Positions 52,990 through 64,000 of a stretch of 64,000 bases of DNA are shown here, in pieces. Position 1 is the stretch's first letter. Each line of letters opens with the position of its first letter. The translations under genes were made by a program, and so were the position numbers. The DNA is taken from the NCBI RefSeq assembly GCF_964204865.1, contig NC_135255.1, positions 11,904,001-11,968,000 on the forward strand. The letters are read 5' to 3'. The stretch comes from Styela clava (Eukaryota). Below the pieces are notes generated by a model that saw only the letters and a list, made by a program, of their open reading frames with translations, made no database searches and was not told the DNA's origin.

Positions 52990-53345
52990 TGCTGTGCCCT
53001 GTGTGCATACAGAAATTTTGTTTTTGGTTAAGGTTTAGCTGTCAAGTTAACGTAATGACCAACATGTGAATGGTTTGTGTTGTTAATTGAAAGTTTTTCA
53101 TAGTTTGTGAACAGTTTCCCCCGTGTCCCAAAAATTTTCTCTCCTCAAGTCTTTCAACTAGCAGTCTGATGAAAGATGATTACCGATCAATATTTCCTAA
53201 ATCAATACCTTCTTCTCAAATGTGTAGGGTAGTTTCAAGTTTGTAGGACCAATTTGAAAAAAAAATAATAATAATAATAATAATAAATAAATAATAATAA
53301 TAAAACACAGGAATACAATAGGTTCCCTGCTGACAAACAGCGGGA
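52990..53345 (-). mobile_element. Helentron/HINE (DINE-1)-like element with (AAT)n
   Basis: Terminal stem-loop ccctgctg-acaaa-cagcggga next to an AAT microsatellite, a layout typical of this class; boundaries approximate. Confidence 0.35.
53263..53302. repeat. (AAT)n microsatellite
   Basis: Direct reading. Confidence 0.9.
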
Positions 53346-53365
53346 GAGAGAGAGAGAGAGAGAGA
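53344..53365. repeat. (GA)n microsatellite
   Basis: Direct reading. Confidence 0.9.
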
Positions 53366-54237
53366 TTTATTTCGTCAACCAGAAAAAAACAGTCATAATA
53401 ATAAATAAATAGTGGCTATAAAAAAGTACGCTTTTTTCGGTGTAGACTGGAAGGAGCGATACGACCATGCGGTCATCGAAGTCAGCCCCCTCCAAGTTTA
53501 CGCTGATAAATTCACAGTAAAATAAGATTATTAGAAATGGTTGAAGTTCACGACACAAAATTTGAAAAAACAAACAAAAAAATGAAGTAAATAAAAGTAA
53601 TTAATTTTTTTTCCGTGAAATCAATTTTTAAATGATGAGATTTGAAAGTGAGGAGTAAGACCCACAAATTAAAAAAAACAATTTTGGCTATTGGACTACT
53701 ATACTCAATGTAGAATTGGACGCAAGGAGCCAGCCTTACATGTACGAATGAATTTCAGGAGATAAACAACATGGTACTCATGTAAAACAATTGGTTCAAG
53801 AGAGGAATCAACCTAAGCCTAATTCCTAAAGCCTAATTCCTTGTCTATAATCCATGACTGTGAATGGGAAAGCCTTGCTTGAACTAATAATACCCTATAT
53901 ATATTTTCATAACTCATTCTCCAACCTCAGTATCATACTGCCTTAATTAATTTTAATCATAGTTACCGGTATTTTTACTCATTGATAGTATTTGATATAA
54001 TTTGGACTTTGATTTAGCTAGTTTTGGGTTCAATTTGGTGTGTGAAGCGGTTTATTTATATGGTACCCAACCTTTTCAACTGGTCGGCAGGTACCGATAT
54101 TAGTAAGGACAATTGAGTGACAGTGTTGCAAGCGCCAATAATATTTTCCTTTCTATAGCTTTTCGATCATGTTACATCCGAATGAGTAGTTGATCTTAGT
54201 CCTTATCTTTTCATTCATGAATAACTGCATGCTAAAC

Positions 54238-55040
54238 CAGTGGTTCCACCCGCTCGGAAGCTCTTTTTAATTCTTAAATCTACGTTTATGCTACGTGTTC
54301 TGTCCACATCGCCTCCACATAAAAGTTAACAGTGAACATTTTTGTATAGCAATATTACGTATCCAGACGTTTCATACATAATTTCGAAGCGTTCCGAGAA
54401 GTCAAACACAAAACCACAACAATTTCGACATAATAAAAGGCACTTTGATATGATTCCGTATACGTTTTTTCTTTTTTAATTTCATGCTCTGTTTTACTTT
54501 CGAATTAATAAGGGAGCAATCTGTAATATATATGTTAATATTGAACTAAAAATGAAAAAATAATATAATAATATATAATTTGGAATATACCAAATTAGAT
54601 TTTAAATTTATGTATACTTAGAAGCAATCTTAATATTTCCGAAGTAGGCTATCGTACGTTTCCTTACAATCTACCACATTTGATCAAGTCCGTCTATGTT
54701 TTGCCAAAGTATATTTATGATCTAAGAGATTTCTACACCGTGATTTTCATACCATGTGTTATCAAATATTTTGAGGTTTCTGCATTTTTCCGACGCCGTG
54801 CCTGACTCGTTCATATATTTATTTGGGCCAATGTTCACCGTCAACGTCCACTTACAGTTTGTGTAAACTGTAAATGTAAAGGTACATTGTTCCCATTGAG
54901 ATAATCAAACTGATTTAGGCCTACTGATTTTTGAATTTGCTGAACGTTTCTAGTTGTGGGGTCGCGACTCGCGACTACCGGTATCTGTGGGCTATGATTT
55001 TATAAAATTGGGGTCGCGAAAAAAAGTCTGGGAACCACTG
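54238..55040. mobile_element. hAT (Charlie-type) element ends
   Basis: CAGTGGTTCC / GGAACCACTG termini with ggggtcgcga subterminal repeats; TSDs do not match, so the pairing is uncertain. Confidence 0.45.
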
Positions 55041-55105
55041 CCTTATATTTATCATGATTATCTAATATTTTTTTAATAGCGAGGCACCATGACTGGTAGA
55101 ATAAC

Positions 55106-55433
55106 GCGTCGGTGTGGCTCAACGGGCTAAGCGTTAGGAATACGTTCGCCACCGCACCTCTAATTACTCTGCGAGGGTTCGCAGGTTCGAATCCCATGCA
55201 GGGATGGTTATGTGCGAGGGGATTGCTGGACTCATCGCCGTCGTTCGGTGGTTCACGTAACTGCTGGTCGGTTAAGGCTTCCTCCACCACCAAGTCCATG
55301 CTTCCGAAAAACAAACAATACAGTAAAAACTAATCACATACCCGACTTGGAATGGTAACCGGGCGAGAGGCCGTGGTTCGCCATATCGGCCGTCTTATCG
55401 GCTCTCCCCCGGTATAAATATGTAAATCCTATC
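55106..55433 (+). mobile_element. Full-length tRNA-derived SINE
   Basis: Pol III A box TGGCTCAACGG (55115-55125) and B box GGTTCGAATCC (55184-55194), followed by a non-tRNA body shared with five other partial copies in the window. Confidence 0.88.
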
Positions 55434-55636
55434 ATATAAACGTGCATACTGGTTTAATTTACTCAGTACCCCGCAGCTCCCAGGAGTACTTCGTATCTCA
55501 ATTACTTGATCTGTCCCCGAATTGTTTCTATTCTGATATGTTCGCAATCCGCTTCGTATATTATCACTACTTCCGTCGTCTTCTAAAAAATTACGTCTGC
55601 GAGATGATTCTGTTGATTGTAACACCTTTACTGCTT

Positions 55637-55657
55637 TATATATATATATATATATAT
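55637..55657. repeat. (TA)n microsatellite
   Basis: Direct reading. Confidence 0.85.
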
Positions 55658-55713
55658 TTCAACGTCGCCTTATGCCCGTCAACAAATTATCGACACCAGT
55701 CACAAGTAGTAGT

Positions 55714-55731
55714 CTGTAGTTTGATTTTAAT
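55714..55731 (-). terminator. Candidate WDR60 poly(A) signal (ATTAAA) followed by a splice acceptor (ctacag)
   Basis: Minus strand reads ATTAAAatcaaactaCAG at the end of a long AT-rich 3' UTR-like tract. Confidence 0.4.
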
Positions 55732-57008
55732 ATACAACATCATTACAACATACACAGTGACATGACATCAGCTAAGCATACGAATCATTCACAATGCAAA
55801 TTTTACAAATCTTGTACAAAAATAGAATCTTTTGGAAAAAAAATGAATACTTAAATAAATAAATAATACAGAAATTCTGTGTGTGCAAGTACAAATCATC
55901 AATTTGTTCAGGGTAATTTGTCCACTACGGAGATAGATGTTCCTTAAAGATGATCACAACCTAAAGTTGAGATTTGAATACTGTACCCAAATGAAGTTTT
56001 TAAATACAGAATTGCGCTGGGAAAAAATCATTTAAAATTTTTCAGCTATCAAAATATGTTCAGTGCTGAATTTAAAATCTTGTGTCAGAAAGTGATATTT
56101 TATGCTACATATTTTGGTTGAAAAAATGTGACCAAAAATTGCACTATTCCCATTTGAAGGTGCTATAATATATAATCCAACATCAGTTTTATATTCAAAT
56201 ATATATACTTCATGAGGAATATAGGCTATAATCAATGGACTCACATTAGAAAGCACTCAGTTAATAATGTCGATTGATAGAAGCAAGTCTATGAGGCGTA
56301 TTTAATGTGATAAAAAACCATTGTACGAACTCACGCAAATAACGTCTCCATACTCAATTCAATATTTTGGAAAATATTAGTTTATCTAAACGTATCTTTT
56401 GTGTACCAATTTCCTAAAGAGATGATGTCATAATGACATGAGCTAAAATTATTAATCATGCAAAGGTATTTTTAGGTTCAAAAACATGAGTTTGCTCAAA
56501 CCACGGCAAAAAGTAGAAAAGTATGAGTCAAGCAACTACTTGTATGCTAAGAGCTATGTGATGATTTATCATTAAGACATTGGTATTAGTACATAACAGT
56601 TGACAGAATATTTGAAACAATTCAACACTGCCAGGGACAGGCACTGCTAAGTAGTAGGGAAGCAAAGTATATATGTCTAACTCAAATATTGTGAAACTGA
56701 AATCTGAACTCATTGGCAGCAAACTGACAGTTCAAATGGCCCAAATGATAATGTACAAAATCTAATACAGCACATGTAGAAACAGTCCCAGTTTTATCAT
56801 CTGCAAAGCACATACAGCAGAAACCCATTGACTAGTTTCATAAATTTATAATTGGCTAGCCATTTTGAATAGTACAAAGGCAACATTTTAGTCATACATG
56901 GTCCTTTCTCCTTCCTTTCATGTTTCCAGGAATGAACAATTCCTATCATGATGCTTGACATTAGAACAGCTTCATACAGTTGACAATAACACAAAAAGTC
57001 ATTTGTCA

Positions 57009-60000
57009 TTATAGCAAGGATTGTAGTAAAAATGTAAGCTGATCCAGTTCATTGTTGTCCGTTACTTGTGAAAAATGTGGTGCCAACTTGTGGACTTCCA
57101 CTAACGATACATCCTTATTAGAGCTTTCTTCAAACCGGTATGCAATTGCAATTTCAGGAGTCCTTGTTGTGGAATTTTCAGGGGTGTTACTCAACGCAAA
57201 ATGACAAATAGGTTTATTTTCAAACTGTTCCGTTTTGATCGGTCCAGCATGCATAATAGCTAAATCCCATATATGAAGTCTATTAGAAGAATCGAGAACA
57301 AAAAATACTGACGGTCTGGAGGTAGACCATTGTACTTTTACAATTCCTGCACTGTCAGTTGAAAAGGGCCAGCTGACAACTGGAAGACCTCTATCGGATA
57401 AATATAGTCTTATGGAGCCATCATCGTATCCTGCTAAAATCATCGATGCGCCAAAAAGTTGAAACGGGTTGAGGTCGATACTAGTCACTGATGATATTGT
57501 ATCTATCTCATTGAAAAAGGTAACTTTGTTCTTGTTTGCCATACTTGATTCTGAATTTGCTTCATATTGTGTGCAATGAACGATATGTCCGGTATCAGTT
57601 CCAACATAAAAGTTATTTGGATCCAGGACTGAAAATTGTACGCATGTTGTTCGAAAAGGCAAATCCGGAATTAAGGATTTTACCGGAGGATGAATTTTTA
57701 CATTTAAGCTTCTTATTAGCTTGATTTTACCTTGTGGTGCAAGGCCAAGGTCATCACCGGCCTCCCCATCTGGTAATAATTCAACAACAATCCAAATGCA
57801 TAAATTACCAGCTTCTTCTAATGATGCTAGCTGAAAGGCTAATCCAGAATGGCTATTTCGTGATTTCCCTTCTTTAGAATCAAATTGATTTTCTTCAGAG
57901 AATTTAGACTCTGCGCCAACAGACATGATGCTAACAATTGGACTGGAATGACCATCATTAAGATAACCAGTTGTGTAAGTTGCACTTCGTAACACAGTCT
58001 CTCTAGTTTTCTCCAGAGAAACAACCTGATGGTGAATACCAGGTTCACGTAAATCATAAGCAAGAACACATCCATCATCCGTACCAACGAATAGTATATA
58101 TGATTTTGTAGAACCAAAAGAGCAGTATGTTGGACAAGCATCACAAACAAGTATTTTTTCTGGAATACCAGGCTTTCTGGTGTCCCATACAGAAACAAGA
58201 CCTTTGCGATCTATTCTTGTTGAAAAACTGGTTGATGCAGGCTCAAATGCTACTGCTACAAAATTATCAGATGAACCAGAACTAGATGCTATATGAACAA
58301 CTTTTCGCCCTTGCAAATATGCTAAGTTTGTTTGTAGAGGTACACAGCTTTCACAAAATGATAAAGCACTTGATTGATTCTTCCTGGCACCAGTATTCTC
58401 CCATGTTTCATCTTCTATCAAAATTGATTTAATGAGTTTACAAGAACGGCTCATAAATTTGATAAGACGCTTGGAATTACCCCTCATTGTAGATAACATC
58501 CTAGCTCTATCTTCATTCTCCGACTGAGTTTCTGAAAATTTGGACATGATTCCACCAGAACATTTTATTTCATGAGGTGGATGTTGACTCCATTTTTCAT
58601 CCATATCAGGACTTTCTGTTTGGATTTCCTGTTCCAGATTGTCATCATTGCACTGTACAGATGCCTGCACTGTATTAGAATTGCCATAATTTTTGATGTA
58701 TAAATTATATTCAGTAACAGGGGGCATGTCGAGAATATCAAAGGAAACAGAGTCAAGTTGAATCAAACTCATCAAATCTTTGCTTCTTTTAATAACTCGT
58801 CTCTTCGTTTTACTACTCGCAGATGACTTTTTAGCAGCAGAAAAATTTATCATTGTTGAGGATGTATTCCTGATGCCAGATGATGCAGATCCTTCTCTGT
58901 GACTTCCCGCATCGTTAGAACTTGAAAAAGGGGAATCGTTGCGATCTGAATTAGCAGTACTTCGAAATTGTCCAGAAGATTGAGCTGAATTTGCTCTTTC
59001 ATTCTCAGCAGCGATAGCACGCATTAACTCATCCATCTTGTCTGGTTGTTTATGCGAAATTGGACGAGTGTCTTCATTATTATCATCGTCATCTTCAAAA
59101 TCATCATCATAATCTTCAAACTCTTCATCTTCATAATTATATTCATTATTGTTATCATTTTTCAATCTATCCTTTTCATCATCAATCACATAGGTTGAAT
59201 TCATACTCTTTTGTTCGTCATTTTTACTTCCTTTGTTACTCTTACCATCTTTATGATGTCGATCATTATCACTCCTGTGATGTCGTGACTGACGATATGA
59301 TCCTGAGTCGTCATCATCTCGATTCTTTCTCGAGTGCTTCTCAGGTTTACTATGTTTGTCATTCCGAGATTCTCTTTCTTTGTCTCGATCCCTACTTTTA
59401 TGAATATCGTACTCTGATTCTTTTTCCCGGCGGCTTTTTTCTTTCCGCAATCGACGATCTTCATCTTCATCATTTTCCCTTCTTCTTTGGCCTCGTTTTT
59501 CTTTTCTCAAATTTTCTACATCTTCATCATGCGTTCGACGATCTTTTTCTTGACGACGGTGGCTTTTTTCATCCCGATTCTGCTTCTTATCATAGTCTTC
59601 ATCTCTATCATAATTATCACTTTCATGTTTTTTTCGTCTTTTATCATCATCTTCTCTTCTTCTTTCCCTTTTTTCCTTATAATATTCTTCATCTCGATTC
59701 CTATGTTTTCTCTCTCGATCATCTCTCGAAGTTTTTTCAGATCGGTGAGATCTTTCTCTTTCATCTCTTGATGGTTTTTCCGAACGATGCGATCTCTCTC
59801 GGTCATCTCTTGACGATTTTTCTGATCTATGAGATCTTTCCGAGACTCGACGAGACTCGTCACCATTTGTTTTATAATACTTCTCTTTGTCATTTTCTGT
59901 TCTATGTCGATCTTCCCGATGCTCGCGATCATCATCACGTTTGGAGCGATGTTCTCGTTTCCGATCGTCAGAATCTTTCACTCGGCCAGAAGATTCTCGA

Positions 60001-60206
60001 GGACGATCTGACCTTGACTTTTTGTGTGATTCATCTCTCTCATCTCTTCGTTTTCTTTCTTTTTTAATGTAATAATCTTCACCATCATCTTCATCCTTGT
60101 GACGACTTGATTTATGAGACGACTTTTCTGATTTTCTCAAAGAACTAGTCAGTTCTTCTTTAGTCCAAGTTTCATTGTAGCGATCTTTCTTCCTTCTCTC
60201 AGACAT
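57009..60206 (-). CDS. DYNC2I1: Cytoplasmic dynein-2 intermediate chain 1 (WDR60), single coding exon
   Basis: 1065-aa ORF: charged R/D/E/K N-terminus, YEDEEFEDYDDDFEDD, LIQLDSVSFDILDMPPVTEYNLYIKNYG, light-chain-binding QASVQCNDD...EIQTE, and a C-terminal WD40 propeller (YDLREP, LRSATYTT, DLGLAPQGKIKL, WSTSRPSVFFVLD). All are characteristic of WDR60. Confidence 0.95.
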   Translation of the reverse strand: MSERRKKDRYNETWTKEELTSSLRKSEKSSHKSSRHKDEDDGEDYYIKKERKRRDERDESHKKSRSDRPRESSGRVKDSDDRKREHRSKRDDDREHREDRHRTENDKEKYYKTNGDESRRVSERSHRSEKSSRDDRERSHRSEKPSRDERERSHRSEKTSRDDRERKHRNRDEEYYKEKRERRREDDDKRRKKHESDNYDRDEDYDKKQNRDEKSHRRQEKDRRTHDEDVENLRKEKRGQRRRENDEDEDRRLRKEKSRREKESEYDIHKSRDRDKERESRNDKHSKPEKHSRKNRDDDDSGSYRQSRHHRSDNDRHHKDGKSNKGSKNDEQKSMNSTYVIDDEKDRLKNDNNNEYNYEDEEFEDYDDDFEDDDDNNEDTRPISHKQPDKMDELMRAIAAENERANSAQSSGQFRSTANSDRNDSPFSSSNDAGSHREGSASSGIRNTSSTMINFSAAKKSSASSKTKRRVIKRSKDLMSLIQLDSVSFDILDMPPVTEYNLYIKNYGNSNTVQASVQCNDDNLEQEIQTESPDMDEKWSQHPPHEIKCSGGIMSKFSETQSENEDRARMLSTMRGNSKRLIKFMSRSCKLIKSILIEDETWENTGARKNQSSALSFCESCVPLQTNLAYLQGRKVVHIASSSGSSDNFVAVAFEPASTSFSTRIDRKGLVSVWDTRKPGIPEKILVCDACPTYCSFGSTKSYILFVGTDDGCVLAYDLREPGIHHQVVSLEKTRETVLRSATYTTGYLNDGHSSPIVSIMSVGAESKFSEENQFDSKEGKSRNSHSGLAFQLASLEEAGNLCIWIVVELLPDGEAGDDLGLAPQGKIKLIRSLNVKIHPPVKSLIPDLPFRTTCVQFSVLDPNNFYVGTDTGHIVHCTQYEANSESSMANKNKVTFFNEIDTISSVTSIDLNPFQLFGASMILAGYDDGSIRLYLSDRGLPVVSWPFSTDSAGIVKVQWSTSRPSVFFVLDSSNRLHIWDLAIMHAGPIKTEQFENKPICHFALSNTPENSTTRTPEIAIAYRFEESSNKDVSLVEVHKLAPHFSQVTDNNELDQLTFLLQSLL
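59715..59840 (-). repeat. 3 x 42-bp coding tandem repeat (ERSHRSEKxSRD[DE]R)
   Basis: Direct translation within WDR60. Confidence 0.85.
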
Positions 60207-60754
60207 TTAAAAATAGAATTTATATCTACAAAATTATTGTTGTGACGTATCCACAGATAACTGTAAGAGAGTATAAAATGATGTTATTTTGTATTGTAGC
60301 ACAAACAAGAATAAATCTTTAGCTTGATGGTTAGTGCACCAATGCCACCGGTTATTTTAGTTGGGTCATTGTCTACTAAAAAAGTTAGTTTGTTTCGGTT
60401 TTTGGCATATAGTCTCTCGTTCAGTTACCAGTCCACATACAGACATCGTGTACCGTATGAGATAAGTTTGCTATTAATTTATTTTCAGATGCATGGACTT
60501 GATTGTCAGATTGTGGATGAAGCCGTAATAAGCATAGCCCGTACTGCAGTACAGAAATACACTAAGTACGGTACCTACGGTAGTTGAGAGTACTGGAGAA
60601 GATTGAACAGATGAATATAGCCTACCAAATACTGGTACTGCTGTACTGAATGAGCTAAACCCCATTCAAAACTATCGTATGTGGAATCTCCTATCCAGAT
60701 CTGCAGATTGAAACAGCAACAGACAGTAAAGGGGAAAGCTTGATTTGCTCCCCT

Positions 60755-60768
60755 ACTGCCATAACAAC
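60755..60768. promoter_or_regulatory. Imperfect RFX X-box upstream of WDR60
   Basis: ACTGCC-AT-AACAAC versus consensus GYTRYY-N1-3-RRHRAC (1 mismatch), ~550 bp upstream of a ciliary gene. Confidence 0.35.
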
Positions 60769-61370
60769 GAGGGTTTTGCCTAAGTCGCTATCGCTATTCA
60801 CAGCTATTGATCTCTGTCTGATGTAGTGAAACTTGGTCATTGAAATTAAACAACAACAGTTGCGTCTAAACATGAAAATAATGTAATATCAATCCTGTTA
60901 TCATTTCTTCAATGCGCTGGTGGCGTATTCACTAGGAATGTTTACATCTCATTGACAACCTTAGTCTCAAAACAGACCTATCGGCATGCATTCACGACCG
61001 TAAACAGAAAACGAGCTACGTTACCGTAAGTAAATTCATGAAATATTTGCATTCAATGAGTACCGGTACCACGTTTTGCAATTCATCAAATATTAAATCA
61101 CAGTTTTAAGCTTTTGGGCATAATATATGTTTTGATGTGGTGTCTGCAGCGCTCTGATTTCATTGTCGTCATGTAACTTGAACCTATATATTAAATCTAG
61201 CTGTTGAATAACCCTACGTGACCTCTCATACATCCCATAAAATGGATTTTTCCCACCAATCAATCAATCGTTTATTTTGTCATCACAAAAAAACACGTTC
61301 AAACATAAAGTGACACAATGAATAAATTACAGTACTAATCATGTTTTTGCGTGACCGGAGTCGCGAATCA

Positions 61371-61407
61371 AGTCAAGAATCAACTTTCGAGTCAAGAATC
61401 AACTTTC
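61371..61407. repeat. Tandem duplication of AGTCAAGAATCAACTTTC (19-bp period)
   Basis: Direct reading. Confidence 0.8.
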
Positions 61408-61425
61408 CATAGTAGTGACTAATTA

Positions 61426-61512
61426 CCGTGTTTCCCCGAAAATCAGACTGGGTCTTATATCAATTTTTTCCTGAAAAATACCACTAGGGCTTATTTTCGG
61501 GGATGTCTTATA
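61426..61512 (+). mobile_element. Tc2/pogo-like MITE 5' portion
   Basis: TA + CCGTGTTTCCCCGAAAAT terminus and internal inverted cttattttcgggg. Confidence 0.6.
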
Positions 61513-61699
61513 TTTTTATTTATCAAAATCAAAATTATAAAGTAGAGAATTACGAGATCTTCAAGTGTGCAAAATATGAAAACCGATATCTATTTACTTA
61601 TAAATAACACGTTTTTGTTCAAAATAACTGCAAAACATAGGTTATCAATCATTTAAAACGTGTAGACAGATTCCTTGCTATCGACAAGTAAAAAAAGTC

Positions 61700-61860
61700 G
61701 CTGGGCCCCTCGCCATCGTAGAGTGGTTCACGGCTTCCTTAGCCATCCATGCATCTGAGAAGAATATCTGGTAGATATTTTCCTATCCATAATCATGACG
61801 TAGTTCAAAATAAATTATCTCATCTTACCCGATATGGATTGCTAAACTAGACGAGTAGCC
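61700..61860 (+). mobile_element. SINE fragment (diverged)
   Basis: gctgg..cctcgcc..gtggttcacggcttcct..tccatgcatctga..gacgag. Confidence 0.6.
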
Positions 61861-62185
61861 CACTTCGCTTAAAAACAAGAATGGTAAGGGCTAACTTTTT
61901 CACGATATGAATATGAAAATCTTATCCAGACATAACACCTTATCCCCCCATAATAATATAACGTTTATACTGCATTATGAAATTTATTCTATGAATATAA
62001 TGTTTCATGTCTGGTAAGATACAGACAGGGGTGGATTAAGCCCCTTTGGTGCCCCCTCATGTGTAATTTGAATATAAAAACAATAAACCACATAAGAGTA
62101 TTATCCATTAAAAATAATCACAACCAACAGTAGCCTAAATAAAACAACTTTTACGAACACTTTTAGGTTTTTTAACTGATATATA

Positions 62186-62275
62186 TAGCCGATATATATA
62201 TATACCGGTCGTTTACTGCCGATATCATATATCGGCAAACACGCAATATCGGGCCGATATATCGGTTGAGCTCTA
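62186..62275 (+). mobile_element. hAT-type MITE 3' end with CCGATA/TATCGG repeats
   Basis: Repeated ccgata/tatcgg motifs ending in gagctcta. Confidence 0.45.
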
Positions 62276-63514
62276 ATCCTGAGGGAGTGTGACAATAAAG
62301 ATTCATGCCTCCAGTCTCAACGTGAATCGAAATACCAAAGGATACAAGTCACAACTGTAGTTTGAAATTTTACCTGTACCTGGTAGTCTCCTCAGGGTGG
62401 TTCAAGGTTGCTAGGTTGAAGGACTGCAAAAACTTTTGAGGAAGTTTCCCAGGCCGCAAGTGGGAGAAAAACCCAAAAGTGATCGAAATATCGCGAGTTT
62501 ACTTGTTTCAAATCTAATAAACAACGAGAGTTTACCGTTCTAACCAGACTATTATTATGTTGCATGGGTGGCGTTCTTTTAAAGAAGATATATAAAGCCT
62601 TCAGTTATTTTAAAAGTAATTCCCGAAAATTACCGTTGTATGTTCCGCATCTCGCGTTTAATGTCGCCAACTTATATTCTTTCGTGACAGATATTAATTG
62701 AAATCAAACCAGACACTGCGTGATGGTTGAGGAAATACGTTTCCGTCGTGTTTTCCTTATGTCACCTTTCTTGCGACACTCATTTTATTATGAATTGTTA
62801 TATTGAGTAACTTAAAAACTCGCAGCGCGAGCAAGCTTAGGGCCATCGTCAAATACCAGTCCGTCTAAGTAGGTATTTCGCGACCTAGCTAAAAAAAATG
62901 GATTGCGCGGCGTTAAGTCCGCTCTGCGTTTCGTCACTACTGTCACATGGCCAATGCTTGAAAACAGAGGAGTGTTTTTACTAAAATAAAGGGTTTGAAT
63001 CTCAGGATCCCAACCCCAGTTGGAATAGCTAAAAAAAACTCAAAAACGTTCCTCCATTAGATATAAATATACGCTGAAATTGTTCTGTGAGCCGCACGGA
63101 ATATATCAGCATGACAGGGTTTGGACCACCCCGGTCTACCTTATCAAAAAACTCCCAACTTCGCTGACCACTAGATCGTTGAAATGCGATCGTGGAACCG
63201 CCACATAGTGCATGTAAATAGTTCATTGGTCCAATTGTTGAAGACAAAAGAAAACAAAAATGCAGCAACAAGGAGAATACTAGAAGAAAAACAACAACAA
63301 CAATTTAAGAAAACGACTCATAGGACTATTTCGTGTTCAAAAAAAGTGTTTAGAAGGTTAATATGATACTTGAAGACGAAAAATAAGCGAACATTTTAAA
63401 GTTTGAGTCGTCTGGTGAACTCGTAATATTTTAATAAACGCCAATAAACTATATAAAATTCTGTTCTAAAATTTCTGAGGTTCCCCCACTTTGCTAAGGT
63501 GCCCTAAACACGTG

Positions 63515-64000
63515 CTTATATTGTTACTTATCGATCTTAAGAACGGTACGTATGTTGGTAGGTATTTGTCTGTATATCTGTTTGTTTGTCTGTTAGATGA
63601 ACGCGATATCTCACGAAGGCGAGGTTGAATCTGCTCCAAGTTTTGCATGTGCATTCATCATATCTCGGAAGCCTATTGATTTTGGATGAATTATGTCGTA
63701 TAATTAGCGAGTTATTAATAACTTAGTGATGAGACACGCGGTGTCACTATAGAGTCATGAATCGAAACCGCAGTTTCAAACCATAAATCTTCGGTCTCCG
63801 ACCGATATTCTCGTTTAATGGTTAATCCGGCGCTGGATACAAGGCGTGAAACGCAGAAGGCGTATGTCCGGAAAATATGACTAGCTACTGTGTTTATAAT
63901 CGCAGCGGTGCAATTGAACGAGTAAACCCCCAAAACATTCCGTGTGATGCAAAATCACACAATACGTTCGACAGTCTGATGGCGCACATGAGAAGTTTAT
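63515..64000 (+). mobile_element. Helentron/DINE-1-like (or Crypton-like) non-autonomous element, possibly running out of the window
   Basis: tgtttgtttgtctgtt microsatellite followed by gcgatatctc...aagttttgcatg...ctattgattttgg, a layout typical of this class. Confidence 0.45.

Noticed and set aside
55106-55205. A functional tRNA gene
   Set aside because: No clean acceptor or anticodon stems; it continues into a body repeated elsewhere, so it is a SINE head
59060-60072. 335-aa plus-strand His/Phe/Leu-rich ORF and other overlapping ORFs
   Set aside because: Antisense and alternative-frame artefacts of the low-complexity charged WDR60 N-terminus

Overview
AT-rich eukaryotic (animal) genomic DNA with spliceosomal GT-AG introns. 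An ascidian/tunicate-like origin is my inference, not shown by the sequence. Three protein-coding genes can be rebuilt by hand. (1) A secreted 7-exon serpin (+, 3742-11075, 468 aa) with a signal peptide, an acidic Tyr-rich N-terminal tail and an Arg-Met reactive site. (2) An SLF1/ANKRD32-like tandem-BRCT gene (-, core exons 51579-47424), largely invisible in the ORF track; I find no ankyrin-encoding exons for it. (3) WDR60/DYNC2I1 (-, 57009-60206, 1065 aa) with no intron in its coding region. A poly(A) signal directly followed by a splice acceptor between WDR60 and the SLF1-like gene suggests a trans-spliced operon. The remainder, including about 34 kb with no recognisable gene, holds many non-autonomous transposons (hAT, Tc1/mariner, Zisupton-like, Sola-like, Helentron-like), a tRNA-derived SINE family, microsatellites and some orphan exon-like segments. 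No rRNA, true tRNA gene or CRISPR array was found.
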